Assembly (NCBI GenBank): GCA_030141605.1
Contig: JAQGDQ010000298.1
Location: forward strand, 186,001 to 250,000
DNA: 64,000 nucleotides
Reading direction: 5' to 3'
Source: Tubiluchus corallicola
Lineage: Eukaryota; Animalia; Priapulida
The position numbers and the translations under genes were made by a program. This document shows positions 12,301 through 25,922 of the stretch, one piece after another. The notes beneath the pieces were generated by a model that saw only the letters and a program-made list of their open reading frames with translations, was not told the origin of the DNA and made no database searches. The first letter of the stretch is position 1; each line of letters begins with the position of its first letter.

Positions 12301-15300
12301 AATCGTTCTAACATAGCAGAAACGCAAGTAATAATGATAGAAGCAACAGTAAAAAATTTAAATTTTACATGTTATAAGTACCGGGATGAGTTGTGTAAAT
12401 TGACAAGAGATGGCAGCACTCAATATAGTTGTCGTATATACACCTCATTGCTAAAAACACAAGCGCTCAATTTCTAATAATAAATCATGGGGACAAGAAT
12501 CAGTAATAAAGTGCAAAGATAAACATATTTATATATATATATATATATGACTTTCAATTACTACAACTATAAAAACTGTAAGTTGGACTGACAAACCTTC
12601 TCAACAACTCCAGTGATTTCCTTCTCCGTAGCTGCTTCTTCTAGAAGCGAATCAATGTATTTAATGACAGTCTCACACAAAGTACAAATTTCAGTTTCCT
12701 TTGGGACTACCGACGCTAGAATGCAATAAAGAAAAGATTAATTCACCGTGAACTAACATCTAAACTTGATATTGTAAACGCCTTAACGTCAAAAAAAACA
12801 CAAACTGGAATAAAAATCAGCCTTCTGGAGGTCAGTGGAGTGCCAGACGTGCACATAGTTTTTGTATAAAACTTAAAAGAAATTTTGTCCTGTAAAAAAC
12901 ATTGAATTTTTACAAAATATTTTACTGAACTGTATTAGAGTTCTAAAAAATAACATTTAAGAAGTCTTTATATTTGGGATACTTCAAAAAGTAAAAAAAT
13001 TGTAAGCTCATTGCAGCAATTAAAACTTCATCAATTACCTTTTGCTTCGCATGAAAGGAATGTCATAATTCCAACGTGCTTAGCTATGTACATTACGAAG
13101 CATACATCATGATCCAATTTAAAAAAATTCTATAACTAATGATGTGAAAATTACCCCGCACGACTCGCACAGAGGAGCACAGACCAATGGTAGTGCACAC
13201 TACATCGGGTGTCAATTCTTGAACCAGCAACTGCAACACGATAGGTCCATAGACGTCGATAAAGTTTTTGCATTCTTGGGCAACTGTCGACGGCAGAAGA
13301 CTGCAAACTTTATCCAGGGCTGCTTCAATTTCTGCCTGGAATTATTACAAGTTATGCAAGTCAGCAGCAGTGGAGATGAAGAACAAACACACACAGAAAA
13401 AGACAGCAAGTGCAAAAGAAGATTATTTCACCTTAGCCAATGCCTTATTCATTTTCCTGACCAAAATGATTCACGCTTAATGTGAATAGGGGTGTCTTAA
13501 CAGCATTATAACCCCCCGCATAGGAGTGCCCTGGGACTCTTACCTACACAACCATTCACAGGAATGAAAATGTAAATGGTCGATAAAATTAAACATTTGT
13601 GTGCTTGCTTAACAAAATCGTCCGTAAGTTGGCTGTGTTAAAACAAATGATACTTCAAAGTAGAATGCACAAAATTTTTTGGCCAAATGCCAATTTTTCG
13701 TTTTTACAAAAATTCTAAACATATTGGACTTTAATATTCTAGCATCAAATTGTCAGGAAAATATTTAAAAGATACTAAAAACACAATTTTATAACCACGT
13801 ATTCACTTTTCTATCTAAAATATAGTACTACAATTAAGAAAAACTTGTATTTTCAATTTCTGATAGTAGCTCGTGGAAGCTGTCATTTTGTTTCGGGTTT
13901 TTTCTCTAGATAAACCCAAATCTTTGTCAGAAAAAGCCATCTACTGGATTTAAACATATCATCAATGTGTTCTTGCAAAGTCCATAGCAACCACCCATTC
14001 ATGTCGTTGCTAAATGTTTTGTAGAAACGAGACAAAAAACAACGGCTAACTTTAACAACGATTTTCTCAAGATTATGTTTTTCAGTGCATAGCTTGCACC
14101 TCAACTTCAACATGGATTATCTCAGCTTAAAAATAACATACAGCCATGAGCTTGGCATCAAAATGATCCTCATGAAATGGAGATTCAGGACATGTGAATA
14201 ACTACAAAGCCAAATTGCCGACTTATGGACAATTTTGCTATGCAAGCACACGTATATTTAATGTATTGGTATTTCCAATGAAATCACTGCTCAAAAATTA
14301 AAAAACAACCCGAACAGCTAAGATTAATCAACACAAACCATTGAAGAATTATAACAAAACTTGAAAAACACAAAATGATTTAATTGCTAAATTATACATA
14401 CGGAGATGACACAGTATGAAATTACTATGAATTATTTATTAGTAATTAAGTGCTCAACACAAACATCTCCAAAATTTCTTTGCAAAGAAGAATTTCTTTA
14501 TAATTGGTTTGAAGTCAGTGGTCTTCAGAATGTCATTTTCCACAGTAATAGTAAAGTACTTGACTATTTACTGACAGCAACTCACAACATACATATATTA
14601 GCATCGGGCCTGCGGACAACTACCCAGCATTAAAACTACTGTTGCTCCAGAATAAACTTTTTTGCCGGATGGGGAATGCCAGATATCATCGAATATTTCC
14701 TCAAATTGACTTCCGGATTCGGATTATAACCGGATAGGTTATCTAAATTCGGATCGAATAAGCGGATCAGTTCGGATAATGAAAAATTAGTAACTGTTTG
14801 CAAACTTTGGCGTTTTCATTTAGTTTATCATCTTAAAGGACCTAGCCCGAAGATGTGCCATATTGCCACACACAAACGAAAAAAGATGTGTGTAAAATTT
14901 TCGTCTTGAAAACACAAACGTAGGTTAAAACGATCTCTAAGTTTTTTGGAAATATTTTACTCATTTATTTTCGGCCGTTAAATTATTCGAAAACCGTTTT
15001 CAATTGCACATTACGAAAACCGGACAGCGAATATTTGCGAATATCAAATTTTTATAACTACCGGATATATCGGATACGAATACCCGCAAAATCTCGCGAA
15101 TATCACCATTTATAATCACCAGATACAAATCAAATATCCGGAACAACACAAATTAAAATGACTATGAGGGTAATGTATAAGCTGTGACAGCAATACTGGC
15201 TTAAATAACACAAATTCAACATAAACTGCCAATGGATAAGATGCACATTTTTTGTCATAATTTGAATCCAATGGACTTCGTAAAAGTAGCAATTTAAAAT

Positions 15301-18300
15301 AAAAAAAGCTGTAAATTTACACAAACTTAAGTCTCTTAAATTATTTTCTGAAAGACTGAAGAAGTGCAAGAAATCGTAGGAATTCTGATTGATATATGTA
15401 TCAAAAAACCAGCAAGTTTTTATAATGGAACTTACTGTTTAATACACGGCAACTACTAAGTGCTAACAAGCTGGCCGAATGCATTAAAAATACTTGTAAA
15501 AACATGACAGGGTACCAGACTAACATGGTTTAAACATCATGATTACCTCGGTCGCATTGTCAGATAGTATCTCGTCAAGTTCTTTCATGATAAATTCACA
15601 GATCACACATTCTATACTGGCCTTCACCTGTAACAGTGGACATTTGTTTAAAATGACTAAACAATTTGACTGTTTATCAATAATATCATTAGGTAATTCA
15701 GCCAGTCCATTTACAAAGGATTCTATTATCTTTCTCATTATCATCATAGTTAGGAATATCAACATTTACAAAATTTTCACTTCTGCTGCATCTTCCCAAG
15801 TTGAAGCGCCTACGAAATGCGTAATTGTGAGTCCATCTTTAAGAAAGTTGTAGTTGCACTGAAGTTACACAATAAAGCGTAAAACTGACACTCAAAGGGT
15901 TACCATAGAATTTTAAAATAAATTTCCTTGACTTTTCCCTGACCAAATATTGATTTACTATGGCCAAGATAAGCAGAAATTGTAATACCACTATACATAT
16001 TCAAACATTTTTGTGTACGAACATTCATACGTGTATTGATACATATGTCGGCACAGTTGCAGTAGTACTAATGAAATTGCACTAATCACATTAAATAAAC
16101 TTTCTTAATCCAATCATTATTTTTGGAACAGAAATCGAAACTGGGAGCCTGCCATAGCAAAATTTTATTTGAACACGAATCGCTGGAAAATATGCTTGGA
16201 AAAATATCGGTTCCTTGTGATTATTTTTGCAACCCTTTCCAATTTTCCCGACTTTTTGCCCCGTTTTCATCCTTTTCCGTGACGTTTTGCCAAATCATCT
16301 TTTTCCTTGACTTTCCACAACCTTCCGGGACAATCTGTATTTTCAAGGATTTTTTCTCAATGTGGGAACCCTGCACTCATATGAACCAGCCAACCAGTAA
16401 CCCTACCTAACAATGCTCAACTTCTGGCAGCAAGCCAAATTGCACATAAAAATTGAATTTACATCATTGACTCGCATCTTACCTCATCAACAGGCTTTAA
16501 TTGTTTAACCGGCATCTTAATAAACGCTTGCGGTTCCACAGGCTCGGCTGGACTGAGTCGAAGAGGAGAGATCTGGTCACCGGGTTTGGGACACAAACCA
16601 ATCATCTGGCAAATCATGTCAGGCGCCTATAAAATAAATTGCAGCAGATTTTACATTGTTTTTAGTGTGAGTATAAATATGATTTTTGATTTTGTTTCAT
16701 AATTTTAAGCATTTAAGTAGAAAAAGTGATCTAATTTTTTAAAGTAAATGCCAATCATATTTCGTAATTATAAAAACCAACAACGTAAATAAATCGAAAG
16801 GAAAATTAAATCGAAAACTCCAGTTTTTATGCGAGCGACTACATGAATTAATTAGTAAAATGCATTAGATCTCATCAATTCGAACATTTGCGGTACTGTA
16901 TCTGCACTCGCCAAACTTTGGCTGCATGTTGTGAATGACATCGCGGCAGGATTGTCCAAAAAGCATTGTGAATGTCCGTGCCTGTATTTTCCGTAGTAAA
17001 TAATACAGTAGCTACTGTATTGAGTTGTCTGATGAGCTGTTGCATGATGAACTGTAACACAGAAGTTTGTTTGTGTGTTGCGCATTATACGTGTACAAAA
17101 TACCCCGAATTCCGGACCCGGAAGCGGACAGTAAATGGCTAGCAACTTGGTTTCTGGCCCATAAAATGAGGTATTATAATTTCCCCGACTACTGAATTGC
17201 ACGTATACAGCAATTGGTGCAAGTAAAAACCCTAAATTACTTATATAATTACTTTATTACTTTAGAAAAGCAAATAGAATATCATTTCAATACGTGTTCC
17301 CTAAACTTTAGCCAAAATTTGTTGGTAAGGCAGGGCTTTTACTGTACATTTAGTGTCAAAATGGTATGACTTTCATCAGGCTGTACACAAAAAAAATTAT
17401 TTATTAGGTACCTATTTTGTACTATACATTAAAGAATATTGTATTGTATTGTATTGTATTGTATTGTATCGTATCGTATCGTATCGTATCGTATCGTATC
17501 GTATCGTATCGTATCGTATCGTATCGTACCATATTATATTATATATTAAAGAATAGTGATGATACAAGTGATACAATTGTGCAAAAACCAGTGAAGTTGT
17601 GGCAAAACAAAAATCAAAATCACAGGTTTTATGAGCAAAATCAGGGTCTTTTAAGATCTAAACTGAATGTCAGATAAATGAAAATAAACCGTAAGGTCAG
17701 TTAACAAGTCTTACCAAAGCAGACTCGATGAAAGCAAAGAACTCATGAAGACCTTTCTTCACATCGTACACGCATTTCTTCTCGACTGGACAGAGCTGAC
17801 AAAGACGAACAGCCAGGTCAGTCAGTGCGGTCTCCGCCTGCTTCACGGCACCTCTCATCTCTTTTACAACGTCCATGCACATATCACAGGATTCGGAACT
17901 ATCTCGTAAACTCATCAGCTTCTTGATCGCCTACAAGATGAAATCTGCTACTTAGCAAAACAAACAAGTTTTGATTGAAATTGTATCACAAAAGGTTTAA
18001 AGTCAATGCGTCAATAATACAGGCAACTTCATTTAAGATTATTCAAAACACAGGCCAGCCTCAGTTTCTTACAATGTACAGCATAAAGTTTATTTTTGAG
18101 TTGGCATCAGAGGTGACTCGTGTATAGGTACCGTGGGATTGCAGCGCCCCCTGTTTTCACTTATTTTTATTGATAATATTCAATAATAAGTCTTTTTTTC
18201 CTTTTTTATAGTTCTTTTTTATACTTGTGTGGAACCGGAGCATGCGAGGGAAGTACAATTTGCTTCGCAGCCCAAGTAACGTGGTGTTTGGCTGTTGTGC

Positions 18301-21300
18301 ACATGCCGCCATGCACACATGTCTGAGATAACATGCTGTACGCTGACATCGGCTGTTAGGTAGAAAAATACTGTCTCCGAACACAGTCAGAATTGCCAGG
18401 TGGTGCCGTCATATTTTTGAATGTGATAAAGAGTAAACTTAGCGTGTATGCTTAAAACATAAACTATTTAATAACGGACGCCTTGCATGCCCAAGAAATA
18501 AGTTCTGTGACTGTAAGTGAACTACAGCAGCTTAATTTTTCACAGTTGTCTCTGCATGAGAAAGTTGCAGTTAAGAAAAGAGGCTGTTCAACAACCGATC
18601 TTCAAATATAACTGCAACATTAAAATTACATATGTTTGTTACATTTTACACAGTATTAAAACAGTGGCTAAAAATGTTCTAACGCAGCAACCCCATTAAT
18701 TTTACCTACGAGGCGCCACTGGTCGGCATATTACCAAGTTGCGTTAAAACATTTAAAACTAATATAAAAATTTGCGGCTAAAATATAATGATTTCCAATA
18801 TACCACAGCAGTCGATTCACTATTTTCTCAACAAACACGTGAAAGAAGTGCAAGCGTTGACATTTACACACAAAATAAGCAGCGAAACATCGGCTAAAAT
18901 AAGCTGGAACGTGTGTGTTTTACATTTGCACCAATCAATAGGTTTCAATAATACTAGTTTACAGCAAATTAGTTGCCTCGCAGTTGCCGTATTTTCTACT
19001 TAAAATTACACAATACAGTTTTCCACTAAGTTTTCAACTGTTAATCATCTGAATTGCTGCACTCACTTAGCTACCTATCAGCAAAGCTGGCTTCAGACGT
19101 AACTGGCTTCAGATGTAACTGGTTTTTACCTGATATAATTTCCGGAGCTCTTCGCTGGCCTGGCACAGTCCAATATCCTTGCAAAGAACTTCCGGATCCT
19201 AAAATATAACAATGTTTTCTGACTAAGACCCGTAGTACTCAGAAGTCGACACAAAAACGGTGAGACGTAAGCCATGAGATGTAAAAGCCACGTCGTGAAA
19301 AATGAACGTGTGCTGACCAATGGTCCTTGTCACACAGATAATTCATTAGCCGTCTACCGCCAAAAGCGATTTGTCTACTGTAAACTGTCAGCCATAATCC
19401 ATGGTTGGTTCCTCCCCCAAGCAGTTTTGAGAGGTCCATAATACGCCTTATTGCAGAATGAATTTCACCATTAATTTTATTTACCATTTTACCAAATTGA
19501 AATTGGGTCATCGGTAATGCGCGACATTTTACTCAAACTGCAATTAGATAAGTGCATTTCGAAATGGATTATGACAATACGCCTTTCTCTTTATATGGCA
19601 ATACACCTAAGGAACATACCATGGATTATGACACATTATGGCTTGGTCCTTATGCGTTTTTCTGTGTGACAATGGCCTAAAATTCCCTAATACATAGTTG
19701 CAGTACATGGCTGCAAATTTCTTACACTCGCAGCACAATAAGAACAATACCCAGTTCCCTCTAATCAAGTACAGCACTTGCCACAAACTTATACATCAAC
19801 GAAATGCCAATGTCCGTATTAATAATGATGCTTAGCTTACCATACTAGCAAATGCATCGATCAATTCAGGCACATAGGTATTAACAAGATTTTTGCACAT
19901 GGTTATCAATTCTCCTTGGTGTATCATGTCACACATGTTGTCAAAAGCTGCAATGATCTCTTGCTGCAAGCAAAAATGAAACAAACAAGAATAAGTAAAC
20001 AAACAAGAAAAGGTTAAAATTTGTAATTGCTTTAAAATTAGTAAAATAATTAATACAGTGATACCCCGAAATATGAAGGGATATACCTAGAGATATATTA
20101 ATTCGTTCCGGAGGGGCTTTCGTATCTTAGAATTTTCGTATTATGAGACAACATTACCCTATAAATGGCGTAATTCGTTCCAGCACCCCCACCCCCCGAA
20201 AACAGTTGTATAAAGTGTAAATATTATACCCACCCGAAGGAAATATGTTTGTTAATGACAACATAATCATTTACGTAAATGTTAAAAAAACAATGAGAAA
20301 ATAATAAAATCAATGAAAAATAACAATAAATGTTGCTACGAATGATGACACTTAACCTTTCGAGTCGAGTGAATGTGCAAGATACGAGCACAACAAAGCG
20401 TTCACGTGTTGAGCACAACAAAGCGTTCACGTGTTGAGCACAACAAAGCGTTCACGTGTTGAGCACAACAAAGCGTTCACGTGTTGAGCACAACAAAGCG
20501 TTCACGTGTTGAGCACAACAAAGCGTTCACGTGTTGAGCACAACAAAGCGTTCACGTGTTGAGCACAACAAAGCGTTCACGTGTTGAGCACAACAAAGCG
20601 TTCACGTGTTGAGCACAACAAAGCGTTCACATGTTGAGCACAACAAAGCGTTCACGTGTTGAGCACAACAAAGCGTTCACATGTTGAGCACAACAAAGCG
20701 TTCACGTGTTGAGCACAACAAAGCGTTCACGTGTTGAGCACAACAAAGCGTTCACGTGTTGAGCACAACAAAGCGTTCACGTGTTGAGCACAACAAAGCG
20801 TTCACGTGTTGAGCACAACAAAGCGTTCACGTGTTGAGCACAACAAAGCGTTCACGTGATCTATGAAATACATTATGGCAATTTCGATTTTCGTATCTTG
20901 AATATTTTTTCGCACAAATGGGACGGAAATTTCTTCGAAGCCCGATTCGTATTCTGAATTTTTTGTATAATGGGGTTTTCGTAAGTCGAGGATCCACTGT
21001 GCTTCATAATTCCATTGAAAGTTATATGAATTTAGCAAAGCATCATAAATAGCGCACAGAAGAAACTGTACTACTACTTCGTGGCAGCCAGGCAATGCAA
21101 GCGTTGATCATAAACTGAATTAATCCCACGATTTTACATTCCAACCAAGTAATTTTGACTATAATAATTCATCCGAGCAAGGTGCTACTATTTTTTAAAT
21201 AATTCACAACATTTGAAGATGAAGAAATCATTCAAATAATTTCAGAAAGAATTATCCGACACTGCCCCACTAATTAACTTAATTAACATTATAAAAATGT

Positions 21301-24300
21301 GAACTACTTTGGTTTGATTGTCCTTAGCTGCTGCTTGCAGTTCCTGTACGGTTGTCTTACACATATCACAAACTTCATCATTCTCTTTCTCCGGCAAGCT
21401 TACGATCTAGAGAAAGAAGCAATGTTTTGTTTAAAATCACAAGCAACAATTGCCCACATTATACAAAGTCACAGTGCCACGCGTATCAAATATATTTTGT
21501 GTAAAATGCATCTTTATTAGTAACTGAGTGCAGACTTATAAATGAATAGATTTTTTCAACTAATCAGTACTTCCATAGTAAACTTACAGTGAAAGACTCT
21601 AAGAGGGTAGAAAGTGTGCAGCCGCTTGCCCCATTAATCATGGTAACTAAACTTCCAAGGAAGCCCTCAGTTACAACAAAATAAAAATTCTAGCTAAAAG
21701 GCAGGAGCGACAAAGCTGTAAAAAACTGCTTTTTGATGTACAGAAAGATTCTCATAACCTGAACGGTTTACTCCCCCTCCACAGACTAAACGTTACAATG
21801 TCAGAAACACCATCAAGTTTAAATTATCTAAGATCAAAACTGAATGATATAAAAAAGTTTTATTGCCTACTATTTATCTAACTTTCCATGACTCTTCCAT
21901 TGCTAAACACTGCATCTTTACAGAAATGTTGATCAGATTCTGTTTAGTAATCTTCAAATTGCATGTTTCAAATTTTAAATTTGCGTTTAGCAATTTTAGA
22001 TGCCGTGTATTAACTGTATTTAGGGTAATTTTATCAACACTGTTTCAAATCGTGTATTAATCCAGCTTTTGCTGCAATTTTTACTGAATAAACTATTATT
22101 ATTATTATTATTATTAGTACAGCAACTGTAGTAATCATTGTGCAGTTATGTTCTTAAATTGCTTGCAGTTACACTATCAATGATCTCTAAATTGTGCAAC
22201 CAGTGACACTGTAACATGCAATGGCCCCATTCAGAAAATATGCAACATCATAACGCACACTGCATGTAAAAACTAGTAGGCTTACTAATTCAAATAATTT
22301 GAACTCAACATTTTCTTTTAACAATATGTGCAGGTAATCGTCGAGTTACGACCACAATATGTTGCGGCAGTATTGTGTATTGGTATACGCTATAAATATT
22401 TGTGTATTAGCTATTTCATGCTCTGTGAAACAAAGGCCTATGATTTATTAATGACTGACTTTATTAATTCAGTTATGTAGTTAATTAAAGCAGCAATTAG
22501 CGTCAAAAAGCGTTAATATTTCAGGCTACGTGTCGTTAATGGATAAACCTCTTTTCTCACTCCAAGTCTAAATGAAGAGCCACCTAATTTTATCTGTGGC
22601 GCTTATTGTAAAACTTTATAACTGCCCAAACATTTTATTAATTTATTACCAAATAGTAACTATATTTGCCTAATGTAATCTTAAAATAAAAAATTTTATA
22701 TGTGTTATACTACTACTACTACTACCACTACCACTACCACTACTACTACTACAACACAATATGTATTGGTCGTACGACGAATTTGATGCAAGTCGGAACC
22801 ATATATTAAAGACGTATGCCCTTAAATGCAAAATGTGTGCGTAGATGCACTAAATATGGCAGCGCCTATGAAAAATTCATTGAAACAGATGCCAATTTAA
22901 AGTTTCTTTGTTTAAAAAAATATAAGGAAAGGAGAGTTAGAACTGGTTTTGTATAATTAATCTATCAAGTTGGCGTCAGCTTGTAAAGCCGAACAGTCGT
23001 AAGACGCATAGGTCGTAAGTCGACGACTACCAAAATGTTACAAAAAGTACGTTTTGCACGAGGTTATTTGTGCGCAACAGAGTGACTCTTGCAAGAAGAG
23101 GATCCTGTTGAATCTCATTAGTTCTTCGGTCAGCAAACCTCAGCAAGTTTTCCGTTGGTGTTTGTGTACAGAGTCCCATTGCTTGACAAACAACTAGTGG
23201 ATCCTAAAAACAAGACGCAAGAAAAATGCAACTCAGAAGATCTATAAAACAATAGTATCTATTGATTAAGCAACACAATTAAGTTTAATACTCATTCAAG
23301 TACCGTGGGAAAGGGAAAGAATATTTTTTTACATTTAAGAGAGAAAATCAGTTTTTAACCGCCTGCATTTGAAAGTTAAGCAAGACTCATGATTCGGTAA
23401 ACATCTACTTCAAACATGCCATCAATTTATGCACCTCATCACATGTGCAATGTTAGCATGTTTCAAATTTAGCATTTGGCAACCTTGCTCTAAAAAAACT
23501 AAGCAGTAATAATGTACAAACACTTACAAGTCAATTCAAGTTTCAGAGAAAAAATGCAGAACACAAAAACCTACAAAACTTTTAAGACATTTTTATTAAG
23601 ATGAAGCAAACATTTTACTGATAAGCATCAGACTGTGCTAGACAACACGAGTGAAAAATAGTGTCTTGGAAGTCAGGCAAAGAGAACAGCTGAGTGAGTC
23701 GGAGTATACTTGACTACAAAATCAAGCAATACCAAGGGTCATTCCGTATCCGCCTCAGATTTGCAACCAAAAGGAGACCATCATAGATTTGCTTGAAAAT
23801 TTTTTTGGCTTTTAATTTTTTAAATAATGTGTACACAGTTATTTCTTTCTTGCAAATGCCTGATTTACATTTTTAGCATGGTTGAACTTCGATATCTTTA
23901 AAAACAAATGTCGTAAGTGTATCGACTGTTTCATCATGAAATTCACATGCAGTAAAATGCAGCTGCATGTGAATTTTATAATGAAAGTGTCAAAATGCAC
24001 ATACAACTTTTATTTTAATACACAAGGAAACACCAACATTCTAAAAACGTAATGCAGGCACTCGTAAGTAAATTTGAATTGCGAGTACACTGTTTTAGAA
24101 AATGAAGAAGCCAAGAACTAGCAGAAGTTTGGCTCTGTGTTCTTCTCAAGTACTGAGGTACTTTTGAGAATTTTTCTAGCAAATAAGAAATAGTCACTCA
24201 GGAAGTTTTTAAAAAATCTAGGTGAACTGGCACGAAATGACCCCATGGCACAACAGTGAATGAAAGAGTGACCACCAGGAAAACTGCTTTTGGAGATCAT

Positions 24301-25888
24301 AATACTGCAAAACTGTTCCTCTAAAGGAAGATATCTGTGTAAACAGGTTAGTATCTCATCTTAACAAATTATTATCCTCCTTTGAAATCAGCTAAATTGC
24401 ACCCCTTACAACCATTTACAATGTTAGTAGTGTACTTAGGCTATTCATAGTCACGTGCCATTTACAATGTTAGTAGTGTACTTGGGCTGTTCATAGTCAC
24501 GTGCCATTTACAATGTTAGTAGTGTACTTAGGCTGTTCATAGTCACGTGCCATTTACAATGTTAGTAGTGTACTTAGGCTGTTCATAGTCACGTGCCATT
24601 TACAATGTTAGTAGTGTACTTAGGCTGTTCATAGTCACTTGCCATTTACAATGTTAGTAGTGTACTTAGGCTTTCATAGTCACTGCCATTTACAATGTTA
24701 GTAGTGTACTTAGGCTATTCATAGTCACTTGCCATTTACAATGTTAGTAGGTACTTAGGCTTTCATAGTCACTGCCATTTACAATGTTAGTAGTGTACTT
24801 AGGCGTTATAGTCACTTGCCATTTACAATGTTAGTAGTGTACTTAGGCTGTTCATAGTCACGTGCCATTACAATGTAGTAGTTACTTGGCTGTTCATATC
24901 TGCATTTACAATGTTAGTAGTGTACTTAGGCTGTTCATAGTCACTTGCCATTTACAATGTTAGTAGTGTACTTAGGCTGTTCATAGTCACTTGCCATTTA
25001 CAATGTTAGTAGTGTACTTAGGCTATTCATAGTCACTCCATTTACAATGTTAGTAGTGTACTTGGCTGTTCAACTGCCATTTACAATGTTAGTAGTGTAC
25101 TTAGGCTTTCATAGTCACGTGCCATTTACAATGTTAGTAGTGTACTTAGGCTTTCATAGTCACTTGCCATTTACAATGTTAGTAGTGTACTTAGGCTGTT
25201 CATAGTCACGTGCCATTTACAATGTTAGTAGTGTACTTAGGCTGTTCATAGTCACTTGCCATTTACAATGTTAGTAGTGTACTTAGGCTGTTCATAGTCA
25301 CGTGCCATTTACAATGTTAGTAGTGTACTTAGGCTATTCATAGTCAGTTGCCATTTACAATGTTAGTAGTGTACTTAGGCTATTCATAGTCAGTTGCCAT
25401 TTACAATGTTAGTAGCGTACTTAGGCTATTCATAGTCAGTTGCCATTTACAATGTTAGTAGTGTACTTAGGCTGTTAATAGTCACTTGAAATTTGCTAAA
25501 ATACATAAAAAACATTTATCCTCAAACTTTGGTAGTACGAACTTTTTGAAAAACAAACAAAACACGATATTCCACATTTAACCTTTTCAAAGGAAAGGAA
25601 TCATTTCCATTGCACTCACCATTTCTTTGGAAATGAAGTTAAGGATCGCCGGGAAAAATTCATCGACTGCATTTTTGCACTGCAATGAAAAAGTTTCACA
25701 GTGAAGTGAATCAGTGACAGGATTTATTTTAAACTACGTTGAATGTTTAATAACATGGATGACAAATGCAAAATGAAATTTCTACACAATAAACCAACAG
25801 ATAAAGGAAAACAGTTGTGAAGTATGCCAAAAAGAGATGTTTGCAAAGTGAAAATTGAAGTACAATGCTATTGTATAACACTTAGTGT

Positions 25889-25922
<34 letters not shown>

